A stretch of 64,000 nt of DNA, taken from Eledone cirrhosa. Lineage: Eukaryota. Made by a program: the position numbers and the translations under genes. Shown here piece by piece: positions 43,391 to 58,123 of this stretch. The DNA lies in contig OZ024742.1 of the NCBI GenBank assembly GCA_964016885.1, positions 308,512,001 to 308,576,000 on the forward strand, given 5' to 3'. Each line of letters starts with the position of its first letter. The first letter of the stretch is position 1. Under the pieces are notes generated by a model. It had not been told where the DNA came from, searched no databases, and saw only the letters and a list, made by a program, of their open reading frames with translations.

Positions 43391-44728
43391 ACAAATATGT
43401 TTATTAATACGTATGTATATGTATTTATATCTATGTATATATGTGGCTATCTATATGTATGCGTGTGTGTGTGGTCATTCATACGCACATACAAACATAC
43501 ATACACAGATATACACACACATACATACATACATACATACATACATACATACATACATACATACATACATACATACATACATACATACATACATGCATAC
43601 ATACATATATGCATACATATATATGGAAGATGCAAAGGACATATTCTCCAATGGCTAATGGCTACTGTGAATCGGTTTCTATGCACAACAAATCCTACAA
43701 ATTGACCATAGTTGGGCTCTAAATGCCACACGAATCGTCCTACTTAGCTTCGAAAATTTCCCCAACGTTATTTAGTGTTTTATGCAGTAGTGCCATTCTT
43801 GTAGCATATTCCGGGTCGTTGATTTCAACCTCCCCTGTATTGACTTGTCTACAAATACTTTGAAACTAGGTATCTCCACCCCCAACCCCTAGCATTGCAG
43901 CAGGAGAATCTCTTTAAGAGTTTATGAGCGAATTTTCCCTGTCTCAAATTCTACTTACGCCGGCAAAATGACACAAATTCTTTTTCGCCCTAATGTTTAG
44001 TAACCACAATGACACTATTCACAATATTGCCGTGGGACAACTCTTCTCTCTGGTCATGATATAGCTCTCTATAATCTGGTATTCCGCTTGTTAAACCCAA
44101 CAACCTTTCTCCAACGCCAGCTATTTGGTAGCTTGGAATTTCGTAATGCAAACTGGAATGAATTAACACATGATCATTCACTCGTTGACTGGTGTTGCAC
44201 TCACTTACACCAACATCAAAACATTTTATAAGTATTTATAAAGAGTTACAAATATATGAACAAAACTAAATAAAAATCACTATAAAGAGAAAAAATATTA
44301 TTAAAAAAATAGAAATATTATCTTTATATCAATCAATGTCAAGCTGGCTGAAAATCTGGTAATGGGAAATTCGGTGAGTTTTTCCCATTTCAAAGCAATT
44401 GGTTCTGAGATGAAAACATCCTGTAAACATGTCATTTTTAGAGTTCATGCATTTTTTTTTAGTGACAAAACTTGGGAAATCCTATATGTTTCCCTGAGGG
44501 AGCCGTGACATATCTTACAGCCGTTAGTGTAAGATCCGGACTCCTCAATATTTCCCATGTAATTTTATATGGTACTACTTCATCATTTAATTGCCAGACA
44601 CTTTCTGCTAATGTTGTGCTAGTTCACATATTAGGATGCCTAAAAGAGTAGAGATGCGAAAGGAATCGTTGTTTTCATTCTCTCCATTTTTTCCTATCCA
44701 CAGGTACCTTTGCTACATACTCACACAC

Positions 44729-44729
<1 letters not shown>

Positions 44730-44773
<44 letters not shown>

Positions 44774-44876
44774 GTATATATATGTATATATGTATATATA
44801 TATATGTATATATGTATATATATATATATATGTATAAATATATATATATTATGTATATATATATATATATACTATG

Positions 44877-44912
<36 letters not shown>

Positions 44913-44997
44913 GTATGTATATATATATATGTATAGTATATATATATATATATATAGTATATATATATATATATATAGTATATATATATATATATAG

Positions 44998-45028
<31 letters not shown>

Positions 45029-45063
45029 TATATATATATATATATATATACTATATATATATA

Positions 45064-45119
<56 letters not shown>

Positions 45120-45133
45120 TATATATATATATA

Positions 45134-45164
<31 letters not shown>

Positions 45165-45181
45165 CTATATATATATATATA

Positions 45182-45225
<44 letters not shown>

Positions 45226-45237
45226 TATATATATATA

Positions 45238-45279
<42 letters not shown>

Positions 45280-45289
45280 TATATATATA

Positions 45290-45327
<38 letters not shown>

Positions 45328-45343
45328 TATATATATATATATA

Positions 45344-45424
<81 letters not shown>

Positions 45425-45435
45425 TATATATATAG
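44730..45435. repeat. ~700-bp interrupted (TA)n array
   Basis: Seen directly. Confidence 0.95.
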
Positions 45436-45757
45436 TAGAGATCTTATACCGTAGTTAACATGAATTACACCATTCCTTCCAAGTGTCTGCGTTCTTATCC
45501 TGTCAAAATCATCAGATTTGCTTTTCATGGTTTTGGGGTTGGTAAATAAACTGTCTACCAAAAGAGGAGTATTAGCGGAATAGCTAGTTCAGGTAAGATA
45601 TCTTGCAGTATATGCTCTAATTATTTGCGTTGTGAGTTCACACTTCACCTAGATTACACGGCAACAGAAGTACACAGTACAAATTGGACTGCACCAACCG
45701 CCGCCAGGCATAAACCAGCAATGTCTTGCTGCGGCTTCTTCTAGAGAATAGAAGTGG

Positions 45758-45823
<66 letters not shown>

Positions 45824-45985
45824 ACACACACACAAATATATATATATATATATATTATATATCTGTGTGTGTATGTGTGTGTGTTTATATATATACATAT
45901 ATATATAAGTTTATCCCGGGTTCAATCGGGGGTAACCACAGTAAGTAAGAGACTCAATACATAGTCGAGTATAAATATTTCATAT

Positions 45986-46092
45986 AGAAATTGCTTCTAC
46001 AGGACTAGAACTGTTTCATTCGGAAGAAATCTTCAGGGCTTCCTGATGATTTCTCCCAAATGAAACAGTTCTAGTCCTGTAAATGCCATTTC
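45986..46092. ncRNA. fold-back with two divergent hammerhead-like cores
   Basis: Plus: CTGATGA(46043)-TTTCTCCCAAAT-GAAA-CAGTTCTAGTC. Minus: CTGAAGA(46036)-TTTCTTCCGAAT-GAAA-CAGTTCTAGTC. No stem I partner is visible. Confidence 0.45.
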
Positions 46093-46310
46093 TCTCTCTC
46101 CACTATTTTCTTCACTAACTGATTACACTTGTCACTTGCGTTTTCCACTCCAGATATTTTTTGTTATTTCGCTGCCAATCTTATAATTTTATATTTGTAC
46201 TTACTTATCCACAAGGCTTTTTACACCCTGTATCTATGTGTCTGAGCGCCTTAATGTGTGTATACTTTCTATATATGTACACGAACGCCTCCGTATGTGC
46301 GCGCGCGTGC

Positions 46311-46348
<38 letters not shown>

Positions 46349-47235
46349 ATGTATATGTGTCTTTATTTCTGTGTTTTTACATCTATGTTTTTTGTTTTGT
46401 TTTTTTCTTCTTTGTTTACATCCTCATTTTTATGTGTGTGCATGTAAACAGGTCAATATGCGTGAGTGTATGTGTGTGTGTGTACGTACCGATTGTATGG
46501 ATGTGTAATCTGCGTATGTATATAAGCATGTATATTTTTGTGTGTGTGTGTGTGTGCGAGTGTGTATACAGTCGCGTGCGTGCGCGTGTTTAGAAATACA
46601 TGGGGCGAGGCGTATATGCGTATATATGTGCATCCTGTGTGCGTATGTGTGCTTGCATACGCTTTTGTCTGCACGTTTTTGCGTGTATATATATTATTTC
46701 TTATAGATATACGTTTCTTGTAGATATATGTGTGTGTGTACACGTGTACCTTGTTTGTCTTCTTTTCTTTAATCTTTTCTTTCTAAATTATTGTTCCATT
46801 TTTATAAATATATTGAGAATGATACTTTCTTTTAATTATTACACTCCCTTACCTCTTTTACTTCCGCATATAAGTGTACGTGCGTGTGGGTGTGTTTATA
46901 CGCGTGCCTTCATATTCTTATAATGTATCTAATACCCTGTTTTTATGTGTACCTGCCAGACAGAGAATCACATCATTCTGTCTGTAGTTACAGATACACA
47001 GATATACTTGCACTAACACATATATTTGCGCACACTTTTTCACTATACGTACACATTTGTACATACACACGTATGTACATCTGTGAGCGTATATACATAC
47101 ATATACACACACCTAACTATATTTCTTGAAAGATTTTTATATATTTCATATGGCTATTGTAATTCCTTTGTTTATATTTATATATAATTTTTTTTGCTTT
47201 TCTTGATGAGACTTTCCAAGTATTTAGCCATGTTT

Positions 47236-47320
47236 TATATTGCCTCGTCTGACGAACGAATGAAGACGTTTCTTTCGTATTCGCCTCATTCGGGAAACCT
47301 CTGGTAATGAGGTAATTATA
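47236..47320 (+). ncRNA. type I hammerhead ribozyme with extended stem II
   Basis: Stem I ATTGCCTCGT/ATGAGGTAAT (10 bp, 2 GU); CTGACGA 47249-47255; stem II CGAATGA/TCATTCG; GAAA 47294-47297; stem III ACC-tct-GGT; predicted cleavage after A47306 (GUA). Confidence 0.85.
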
Positions 47321-47582
47321 TTGTATTGATTTTTATACATTAAATTTTGCTCTGGTAATTACATAGAGCACTCTTCACTTCTATGACCTTTTCTGTTTTC
47401 TACGGAAATTTCAATATATATATATATATATATAAATGGAATAGAATGAAACGAAATTTCATTTCTCACTCTTAGTACGGCACTTACTTAAATGTAAGTA
47501 TGTCTGTATGTATACGTACATACATATATATATACAGACGTACACTTATATGTATATATATACATACATGCACATATATATA

Positions 47583-47885
47583 TATATGCACGTATCGGTT
47601 TACCGAAGATTTATTATAATGTTCGGTTTGTTTGTAAACAGCCGTTAATATGCATAAGGAAAGTATATATTTTCAGACGTTCAACCATCTGGCAGGAAGG
47701 TATACGATGCTGACGATAGCTAATAAGCTTGAAACTAGTACATCGTTCCTGTGTCAGTGTTGAACAAAAAGGTGACGTGGTTGCCTAAACACTGTACGGC
47801 GTAATTCGGGCTGTTTGTTTGTTTACAAACAAACAAACCGAGCATTATAATAAATGTTCGGTAAACTGATACGTGCATATATATA
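47583..47885. mobile_element. ~300-bp TA-flanked element with ~55-bp terminal inverted repeats enclosing a hammerhead
   Basis: TGCACGTATCGGTTTACCGAAGATTTATTATAATGTTCGGTTTGTTTGT vs ACAAACAAACCGAGCATTATAATAAATGTTCGGTAAACTGATACGTGCA. Confidence 0.75.
47704..47746 (+). ncRNA. minimal type I hammerhead ribozyme
   Basis: ACGATG-CTGACGA-T AGCT AATA AGCT T-GAAA-CTAGTA-CATCGT. Stem I is a perfect 6 bp, stem III is the palindrome ACTAGT, and the triplet is GUA. Confidence 0.85.
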
Positions 47886-47967
47886 TATATCTTTGCATGT
47901 ATGTATATATATACATACTACTGTACGTCTGTATACATATATGTATGTACGTATACATACATACACA

Positions 47968-48030
<63 letters not shown>

Positions 48031-48130
48031 CTAGTTAGATATATATATATATAGCTAGTTAGATAGATAGATATATACATTTAGATATATATATACATAT
48101 GTAAACACTTATATGTGTATATATAAATAC

Positions 48131-48162
<32 letters not shown>

Positions 48163-48176
48163 AGAGAGAGAGAGAG

Positions 48177-48241
<65 letters not shown>

Positions 48242-48598
48242 AAGAGTATTAAGCAAAAGTGATAAATGTCTTACATAATTGGGTCGATATATCGATATAT
48301 AAGTGATAATTATTATATATTTTGAAGGATCAATCGCTACATATGTTAACTGGTTTCCTTATATGAACTCTCACACATTTCCTTTACACGTATCACCAGT
48401 AGAATGTTCAAAGGAATTTAACCAAATTACCTTATCTTAGCCTGTATCTTTCAATCGCTAATATTCCACCACTTTTTCTTCAAGTGCGCAGTTACGTTTC
48501 TGAAATTCTGAAGCAAATTATGGTCTGTTAAATATCCGTACACACATACACACACACTCATTTTATATAAACTCCTATATATAAACTATTATATAAAC

Positions 48599-48715
<117 letters not shown>

Positions 48716-48767
48716 TGTGTGTATATATGTGTGTGTATATATGTGTGTGTATATATATATATTAATA

Positions 48768-48830
48768 TTTTAGTCCAGAAATAGCCGTCGAAACGGCTTG
48801 AGCTCAGCCGTCTGGGTCATACTTTCTCCC

Positions 48831-48832
<2 letters not shown>
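48768..48832. mobile_element. TA-flanked hairpin element, single-arm fragment
   Basis: AGTCCAGAAATAGCCGTCGAAACGGCTTGAGCTCAGCCGTC. Confidence 0.75.
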
Positions 48833-48873
<41 letters not shown>

Positions 48874-49197
48874 TTGTTTATGTACATAAATCATGTCTTT
48901 ATTAAATAATTTAATATAAAACAAATATGATAATAGACTGATGTAATGATACATTAAAGATTTTTACAATTCGTTCACAGAGGAGTATGATAGTATGATA
49001 TATTTTGGTTCCAGAAATTTGATTAATAAAAGATATATTATTTATCTTGCCTTGTGTTTAGGGAATATTTTATAGGAACATAATATTTCATTATGTCATA
49101 TATATTTATAATACACATATTGTATTATATTAAATTTTGTTACGTTTTCTGATACTATGATATAACACCTAAAGAAATGTTAATATAATGGTATACG

Positions 49198-49388
49198 TGG
49201 CGGTGGATTGGCAGTATCGGTAGAGAGTCGGACGCCATGCTTTGCAGCAAAGAGTTACGGCCCTTTATGGTCTGAGTTCAAATCCCACCGAGGTTAACTT
49301 CACCTTTCATCCTTATGAGGTCGATAAATTGAAGTACCAGTAATATACTGAGATAATTGCTGGCCTTGTGCCAAAAGTAGAAACAATA
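49198..49388 (+). mobile_element. SINE family B, full length, with target site duplication
   Basis: AATATAATGGTATACGTG on both sides. Confidence 0.92.
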
Positions 49389-50320
49389 TAATGGTATACG
49401 TGCATAAGCTAGGCTTTAAATGTTTCCATATTCCCGCTTGATAGAATGGCGCTTGATATCTCGGATGATATCGAGGAAGATGGGTTTTAAAAGACATTCC
49501 AATGCATGTACAATGAGGTGGTTCAAGAAGCCAAGGATCCACATGCTTCCACCGCTATCGATTTCACGTGGAACCTAACAGAAATCAGCCGATACTATAC
49601 TCTGTTTGTTACTTTCAGTTTGTCGTGCGACGAATACTATGTCTGACACTGATTTCCTCTGGTCACATCCCAGGAGTTTATCACCTTAGAACGAGCATAT
49701 TATGATGCCGTCCAGTCTTTTGCTGTCCTCTGCGCACAACTACCCTGGTTCCAGGTAAGATCACAGGACAGCTACATCCAAGTTACGTTTAACGATCTCG
49801 ATCAGAGAAGCATTTCCCGAAAAGCGGTTGTCTCCGAAGCGGCATGCTAGATTGTGAAGATCAAAGTCGTTTTCAATGGACCTGCAACAGAATTTGTATT
49901 GATCGCAGATCGAATGAAAGACGTGTACGTAGACAGTCGTTATCCAACTGAACACTCGATGAACACGAAAGCCAGCTATCACTGTGGGGCTAAGAAACAG
50001 TTCTGAAGCATGACAAATGGCGCTGGTGAAGCAGTTGCATAATGATTTCATTTGTGTTTCGCACATGTTATGGCCGCAGAAATGAGTTTAAGATAAAATT
50101 AATGAATAACAACTTTCCATAATAAAGAATTGTATAAAAAAATATAGATTTTGAAGATATTCTAGTGTAGGAATAATACACCTTCGCTATTACCTATGTA
50201 GACTGTTTACCATTCCATGACTCAGGAAATAGAATGTTAATGGTATTATACTAATTTCCAAAACTCCTATCATTTTCACATTGGTGTGTCACAAAATAGC
50301 TTATTTTCAATCTCCATATG

Positions 50321-50361
<41 letters not shown>

Positions 50362-51277
50362 CTTCCATACGACTTAAAGATATTTACTTATTGTTCCACA
50401 ATGCTTCAAGCAAACTTCAATACTCTCTTATATATATATATATATATATTCTATAAGCAATTTGAAAAATACCGAATCTTTTCAAGGATGACAAAGGTGA
50501 CAACTTCAACAAAGGAGTAGCCGCATTGAGATGGATAAAGTTAAATAAAGATAAAATATGCATAAATATGACATTTAAACACATGCCTTTGTTTTCTCGG
50601 AATAATTTAGATTTCACTACAAAAATGAAATAAAGCTGAATAGGTATTCATTTTCATCCCTTTACATTCAAGATTTCTATAACAGCAGGTAGGTTTTTTT
50701 TATCTATCTCCCGTTTCTCTGCTCTGAAGCCGATACATTAACCATACAGAAATATACTGGAGTTGCTTCAATGACTTGACACTTTTACACCACAAACTGT
50801 TATTCTTCTGCGCAGTCAAATTTACAAATCGAAATCAATTTAATTCGCAGCAGGTGTAAATTCTATGTAGCAAGATACACATCACGTTTGTATAAGAATC
50901 TATTTATAGATCTTATTTATACTAGAAGGACTGCTATGACAATATTTTTCGTTCTGTTTTCACGAACAGTTCCGGGCACATGCTCATAAATTAGTAATTA
51001 AGTTCACTAATAGAAATACTTGCTCGTCTATATATTTTCTAATTATGCGCTGCGGGAAATGTCTCCGAATGACCTAATAGCTAGGAAAATCATGTATTTT
51101 TCTCATTTTATCTCTTAGTATGAGTGCGTGCAGATGAGTGTATATTAATATATCTATATATAGACAGACAGCAACACACACATTCACAAAAGAAAACACA
51201 CACACAAATGCATGAATATATATACAGTATATATATATATGTATATATATATATATGCGTGTGTGTGTAATATAATT

Positions 51278-51307
<30 letters not shown>

Positions 51308-51311
<4 letters not shown>

Positions 51312-51480
51312 AACGAGCAGGACCTCGACGGCTGAGCTCAAGCCGTTTCGACGGCTAGTTCTGGACTCTGGAGTCCAGAACTAGCCGTCGAAACGGCTTG
51401 AGCTCAGCTGTCGGGGTCCTACTCGTTCCTATTACCCACTCTACTACCCTAAGTATTGAGTACTTTGGTGCGTTATGGTG
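51308..51480. mobile_element. TA-flanked hairpin element, copy 4
   Basis: GGAACGAG.AGGACC.CGAC.GCTGAGCTCAAGCCGTTTCGACGGCTAGTTCTGGACTC and its inverse, followed by the tail. Confidence 0.85.
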
Positions 51481-51849
51481 GACACATACACATATATATA
51501 TCAAATGAAGCAACGGAGTAACGGACTCCCTTTAAGCCCTGTAATTTAATGATGTCAAGGAAAATGTTCCGGGCTCTTCCAATTCCATTTTAATTAATCT
51601 GTTTGATTAAAATGTATTTCCTGTACCTCTCGCAGTTTTTATGTTTTTCACTCTACTGCTAATATACTCCATGTAATGAAAACACATTCTTTTCGTGTGA
51701 TTTCTCCTCTCTATATTATACATATATATATATATATGTGTGTGTGTATGTATATATATATATATATATATATATAAAACGAAGGAAATGTGGTAAGGAA
51801 CCAGTTTATACATATATATATGTGTGTCTGTGTGTCTGAGTAAGTGTGA

Positions 51850-52353
51850 GGACACTTGGCTTACTGGTTACGACGCAGAGCACGCGTCCTACGATCGTGT
51901 GTGCGATTTCCGAAATCGGCAGTGGTCCTTGAAACTTTATTTCATGTAGCTCCAATCTACTAAGCTGTCGAAACTGCGTTGTAATTTCAATTCCAAAGAA
52001 CAGACATGTTACTGAGAACTACATGAAATGTATGCTTGTCTGTGGCATGATAAGCTATTTGAACGTAATTTGACGAGCAGGATGTTCCGATATTGGAACA
52101 GACAAAGCTCCGAAATACACATATGCACAGACATAAATACATAATGATTTCTGGTATAGGCACAAGGCCAGTAATTTGGGGAGAGGGGACAGCCGATTAA
52201 ATCGGCCCCAGTCCGTTACTGGTGCTTTATTTCATCGACCCCGTAAGGATGAAAGGCAAAGTTAACCTCGGCGGGATTTGAACTCATACTGTAACGGACC
52301 GTAATGCTGCAAAGCATGGTGTCCGACTCTCTACCGATACTGCCAATCCACCA
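51850..52353. mobile_element. SINE A(+), diverged, 51850-52110 and SINE B(-) 52145-52353
   Basis: Family motifs. Confidence 0.75.
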
Positions 52354-52744
52354 TATATGAATAGCTATAGGCATAGCTTTGTAGTTAAAGCGTCCATTGC
52401 ACCATCACTTGGTTTCATGCAAATGTTTTATATTATAACCACGGTTGTGTATGTATGACAAAACACACACACACTCTCTTTTTCTTTCCCTGTCACACAC
52501 ACACACACACACACGCACATACACACACACACACATATATATATTTATATGTGTGTGTTATAATGAATAAATAACATTTTCGAAAACTACATAAGTGGAA
52601 AAAAAACAGTGCAATCAAATTTTTGCGGGGAAATATCTTACCTTCTCCAATAAAAATATTATGTATTTTCCGAAATCCAGAGACTTTCAATAATCAGCAG
52701 AAGTCGACCCTAAATATTACTAATAGCTCTAGGAAAGCCATGAA

Positions 52745-53115
52745 CAATACCACATCTTTTTAACTTTGATTTTGAAAGTTGGTTTATAATTATCAATTTT
52801 CATTATACTTTTGTAGCTTCCTCGGTGGCCTAGTTGGAGGAAACATTCATAGACAGTAGTGATCCCGGTCTGAAGTTCGATCCAGGTCGGAAGTAGAGTT
52901 CCCGGTAAACTTTTTCAGTATTTTTCTGTGGGTTGTAAAATAAAAACTGAAAAAGGTTAAATGTACCTCTTAACCAGTATTGAACCCAAGGTCAGGATCT
53001 CCACCGTCGGTAATGCTTACCGCTAGGCCAGAGAGTCAACTATGTATATCGCTTCAAAATTCATACTTATAAACCTACTTTCAAAATTTTCAAAACAAAG
53101 TGTTGTGGTGTCGTT
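52745..53115. mobile_element. imperfect fold-back element with two convergent tRNA-like heads
   Basis: Inverted repeat TTTTGAAAGTTGGTTTATAA/TTATAAACCTACTTTCAAAA. A/B boxes lie on plus (52826, 52875) and on minus (53030, 52986). Confidence 0.55.
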
Positions 53116-53305
53116 CCTTTTCTTTCTTAATGTTATTGCTCCTAGTTAAGGATCCCCACCCCCGCCCTTTCTCAAGCTTTTTTTTTTCTTTCTCTGTGAT
53201 ATTTGAATCTACTATGATTTGGGCTTACCTTATTCCTATATATATATGTTTTTTGCATGTCAGTTAGATTCAAACTTACAATGATTGGCATTATATATAT
53301 ATATA

Positions 53306-54165
<860 letters not shown>

Positions 54166-54410
54166 TAATATGTATATATATACATCAAACAGAACTACGG
54201 CAAGCAGTTAATCTAGTGGAGCGTTTGTCTGTGATCCACATTTCAACAGTTAGAGATATACTTTTAGTTTAGGACTACAATATCACATTCACATTTTAGA
54301 ACATACATATTTCCAAACCATGTAAGTCTATGAAGGGATGTTTATGGATCAGTCTATCTGAAAGATGTAGAAGGCCTCCTTCAAATAACGGACATTATTT
54401 TCCTACAAGG

Positions 54411-54600
54411 GCGGGGATTGGCAGTATCGGTAGAGGGTCGGACACCATGCTTTGCAGCATAGAGTTACGGCCCTTGCTACTCTGAGTTCAAATCCCGCCG
54501 AGGTTAACTTTGCCTTTCATCCTTATGGGGTCGATAAAATAAAGTACCAGTAATACACTGGGATAATTACTGGGATTTTGCCAAATGTAGAAACAATTAT
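54411..54600 (+). mobile_element. SINE family B with target site duplication
   Basis: ATTATTTTC(C/T)TACA on both flanks. Confidence 0.9.
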
Positions 54601-55364
54601 TTTCTTACAGCTGCAAGGACACTTTCGGTCTACTACAATATCCGAAATGTTGGATGGCATTGTCACGATTAGAACTCATTTGATCATAACTCTAGCGTAT
54701 CAGAACCAACCTGTGGCTAAAGACATCCCAAGCCCTCTTTACAGCGTTTATATGTAAGAGGTGGAATATGACACTGTGGAATGTTCCCGGTATAGTACTC
54801 AACGTATTATATAACTTCCTTAAATATTGATAATCTTGCAACAACAAACAAAATCAATATTGTGTTTCTTATCTAAGAAATACAAAGAAATATACAAAGA
54901 CTACGAGAAGCTTGAAGCCATTTGTGATACATCACAAACCATTCGAATTATGATGTAACATTTAAAGTAAGGAGCGATGAAACCTATATAGGGAAAATAT
55001 GTATGGAATATCAATAGAAAAATAAGAAAACTAGATTTTATTTTTTGTATGAAATATTTTCCTTAGAATTACATATATATATTTGTGTATGTGTGTGTGT
55101 GTATGTGTGCGTGTGTGCGTGTGTGCGTGTGTGTGTGTGATGCGTGTGTGTGTATGTGTGTGTGTGAGGTGTGTGTGTGTGTGTACGTGTGTGTTGGTGT
55201 ACGTGTGTGTGTGTACGTGTGTGTGTTCAAAAGGAAATAGAAAATAGAAAGGCATAAACACTAAAAACATCTCGTTGCATGTTACATGCTGGTAAGTAAG
55301 AAATAAATAAATTCAGGAAAATAATTGAAAGATTGTTATATCCAACAAAATAAAGCACGATACA

Positions 55365-55698
<334 letters not shown>

Positions 55699-56011
55699 GA
55701 TATGTGTACATACATACACACATTTTGATACAAGAACAAAGAGCCTCTGATCGATAGATACTCTGCTCTGAAACCTACCTTAGGCCAACCAATTTTCGCT
55801 AGAGATAAAAAAAAAGACATATCTCAATTTCCTTCTATTTTGAAGTAAATGCCATTCTTAAAATGGGTCTCTTACGTAATTCTAAATTGTCCATTTTGCA
55901 TCAAATGAATATTTCAATACATTTGCTGTCTCTTAGCACTTCAGAATTTTTATGGTTGTCTTTTACATAACTGCTATAAATCTAGCACAATTTGTGAAAT
56001 TGAATCCCTTG

Positions 56012-56805
56012 TGAAGGTACGTGGCTTAGTGGTTAGAGCGTTGGGCTCACAATCGTGAGGTTGTGAGTTCGATTCCCGGGCTGGGTGGTGCGTTATGTCA
56101 TCAAACAAAACATTTAATTTCACGATGCTTCAATTTAGCTGGAAAAATTGAATTGCGACGTCACTGGTTTTAAGTTGTATCAACCGTTGCCTTTCCCTCG
56201 GACAACACCGGTGGTGTGGAACGGTGAGACTGGTATGCATGTGTGACAGCTGGTCTTCCACTAAAAAACACCTTGCCTGGGCTTGTGCCTCAGAGAGGAG
56301 ATTTCAAGATGCAAGACTCATGGTCATTCATGACGACATCTTTACCCTTACACTTTATATACCATTATTTTATCCCGTCGAGGTTAACTTTGCCTTTCAT
56401 CCTTACGGGGTCGATAAAATAAAGTACCAGTAATTGGTGGTGGATTGGCAGTATCGGTAGAGGTTCGGACGCCATGCTTTGCAGCATAGAGTTACGGCCC
56501 TTTACAGTCTGAGTTCAAATCCCGCCGAGGTTCACTTTGCCTTTCATCCTTACGGAGTAAACTACGGTCTTTTAATATATAGTACCAGCTTATTATTTAT
56601 TTACAATCTACTCCTTATTTAAGAGTAAAGTGAAAAAAAGGTTTGATAGTTTCACTTATTACTCTATAATGTCATAATTTGTGGACTGGCAGTATCGATA
56701 GAGGATCGGACGCTATGCCTTTCGTCCTTACCGGGTCGATAAAATAAAGTACCAGTAATGTACTGGGATAAGTGCTGGCCTTGTGCCAAAAGTAGAAACA
56801 ATTAT
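56012..56805 (+). mobile_element. SINE cluster: A 56012-56350; B fragments 56370-56432, 56435-56556, 56678-56805
   Basis: A box GTGGCTTAGTGG and B box GAGTTCGATTCC; family B motifs. Confidence 0.85.
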
Positions 56806-56934
56806 TTTATTTCATTGGGGCAAAATAGATTACGGACTTGTTTCAATAATCAGGAAGAACACATCTGACAAAATAATTTTACAAATTAAAACAATTTCCT
56901 TACATTGAAGATTGGAATGGAATAAATCTCTGTT

Positions 56935-57220
56935 GGTTTCGGCGACAAATATTCCAATCATTTGTTCTAAGTAACAGTCTGTATGTAGGTGTGAGTATTC
57001 CACAGACATTCGTAATCTTAATGTAATTTTCAGAGTACTTCAGTGTGTGACAAGGCTAGCTCTTTGAATTATAGGTACACCTCATTTTTTGCCAGCTGAT
57101 TGGACTGGAACAACTTGAAATAAAGTATTTTGCTCAATCACACAACTCGCTGTCGGAAATCTAATTCACGGCCTTACGATTGTGAGGCGAACACCCTGAC
57201 AACTTAGTCACGCGCCTTTA
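56935..57220 (-). mobile_element. SINE family A
   Basis: GGACTGGAACAACTTGAAATAAAGTATTTTGCTCAA body plus tRNA-like head. Confidence 0.7.
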
Positions 57221-57464
57221 CTTGCAATAGCATAGCAGTAGTCCAATGACTGAAACCACTGAAAATAATACAAGAATTACTACATAAGTATTTGAATAAG
57301 TGACTCTTTTTTATTCTTCATGCGTATTGATACATTGACTTATTTACAGTAAAGCCGATATTTGGTTTATATCAGTGCATTTTCATCTCAGAGCATTTAC
57401 TTTCCCATTTTCTTTCGTTTTCATTTAATCTATATGTTTCATTGTTTTTTTTTATAACGATAAT

Positions 57465-57468
57465 ACTA

Positions 57469-57501
<33 letters not shown>

Positions 57502-57640
57502 GTTGTTGTTGTTGTTGTTGTTGTTATCATTACTCTTATTATTGTTGTTGCCGTTGTTGCTGTTCTTGTTGTTATCATTACTATTATTGTTGTTGTTGTT
57601 GGTGGTGGTGGTGGTGGTGGTGTTGTTGTTGTTGTTGTTC
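57465..57640. repeat. (ATT)n/(GTT)n/(GGT)n microsatellite
   Basis: Seen directly. Confidence 0.95.
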
Positions 57641-58123
57641 TAACCAAAATGAAACAAAGAAAATTGTGATAATTTCGTCAATTCCCAAGTGAAGTTCACT
57701 GATCTTTCATTTGCATTGTCTGCTTCTGCTATTAGATTGAATTTCCTAATTTTTTTCTTTATTTCCATGCTAAATAAGTACGATATCGTCATGCTTCAAT
57801 TTCCTTTTCATCCTTCTTCTCATCATCATATATGTATTTCATCTCCCACAAGCTTCTTTTAACATATTAGCTTATTTGTGAATGTTATGTATCAAGTTGA
57901 AAAGTAAATATATTATTAGGTTTTACATAAAATACATTAGTTTTAGAAACTTTCCATACAGGGGTCGACAAAGTACACAATAGTAGAGAAGAATTAAAAG
58001 TTGGTATTGAATCACTAACATATCGTAGTTTCCAGATGTTTATTGAGTGAACAAATACCTTGTGTTGGTGTAATCTAGACACATGAGCATACAAGTTGCA
58101 GACAACAAACACATTATATATAT

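Noticed and set aside
43620-44220. Possible decayed L1/Tx1 fragment on minus; similar relics at 49500-50080 (RTE-like) and 57660-57880 (DDIVLI)
   Set aside because: The motifs are too short and degenerate to support a call without a profile search.
56012-56085. tRNA-like sequence
   Set aside because: It continues into a SINE body, so it is a SINE head rather than a tRNA gene.
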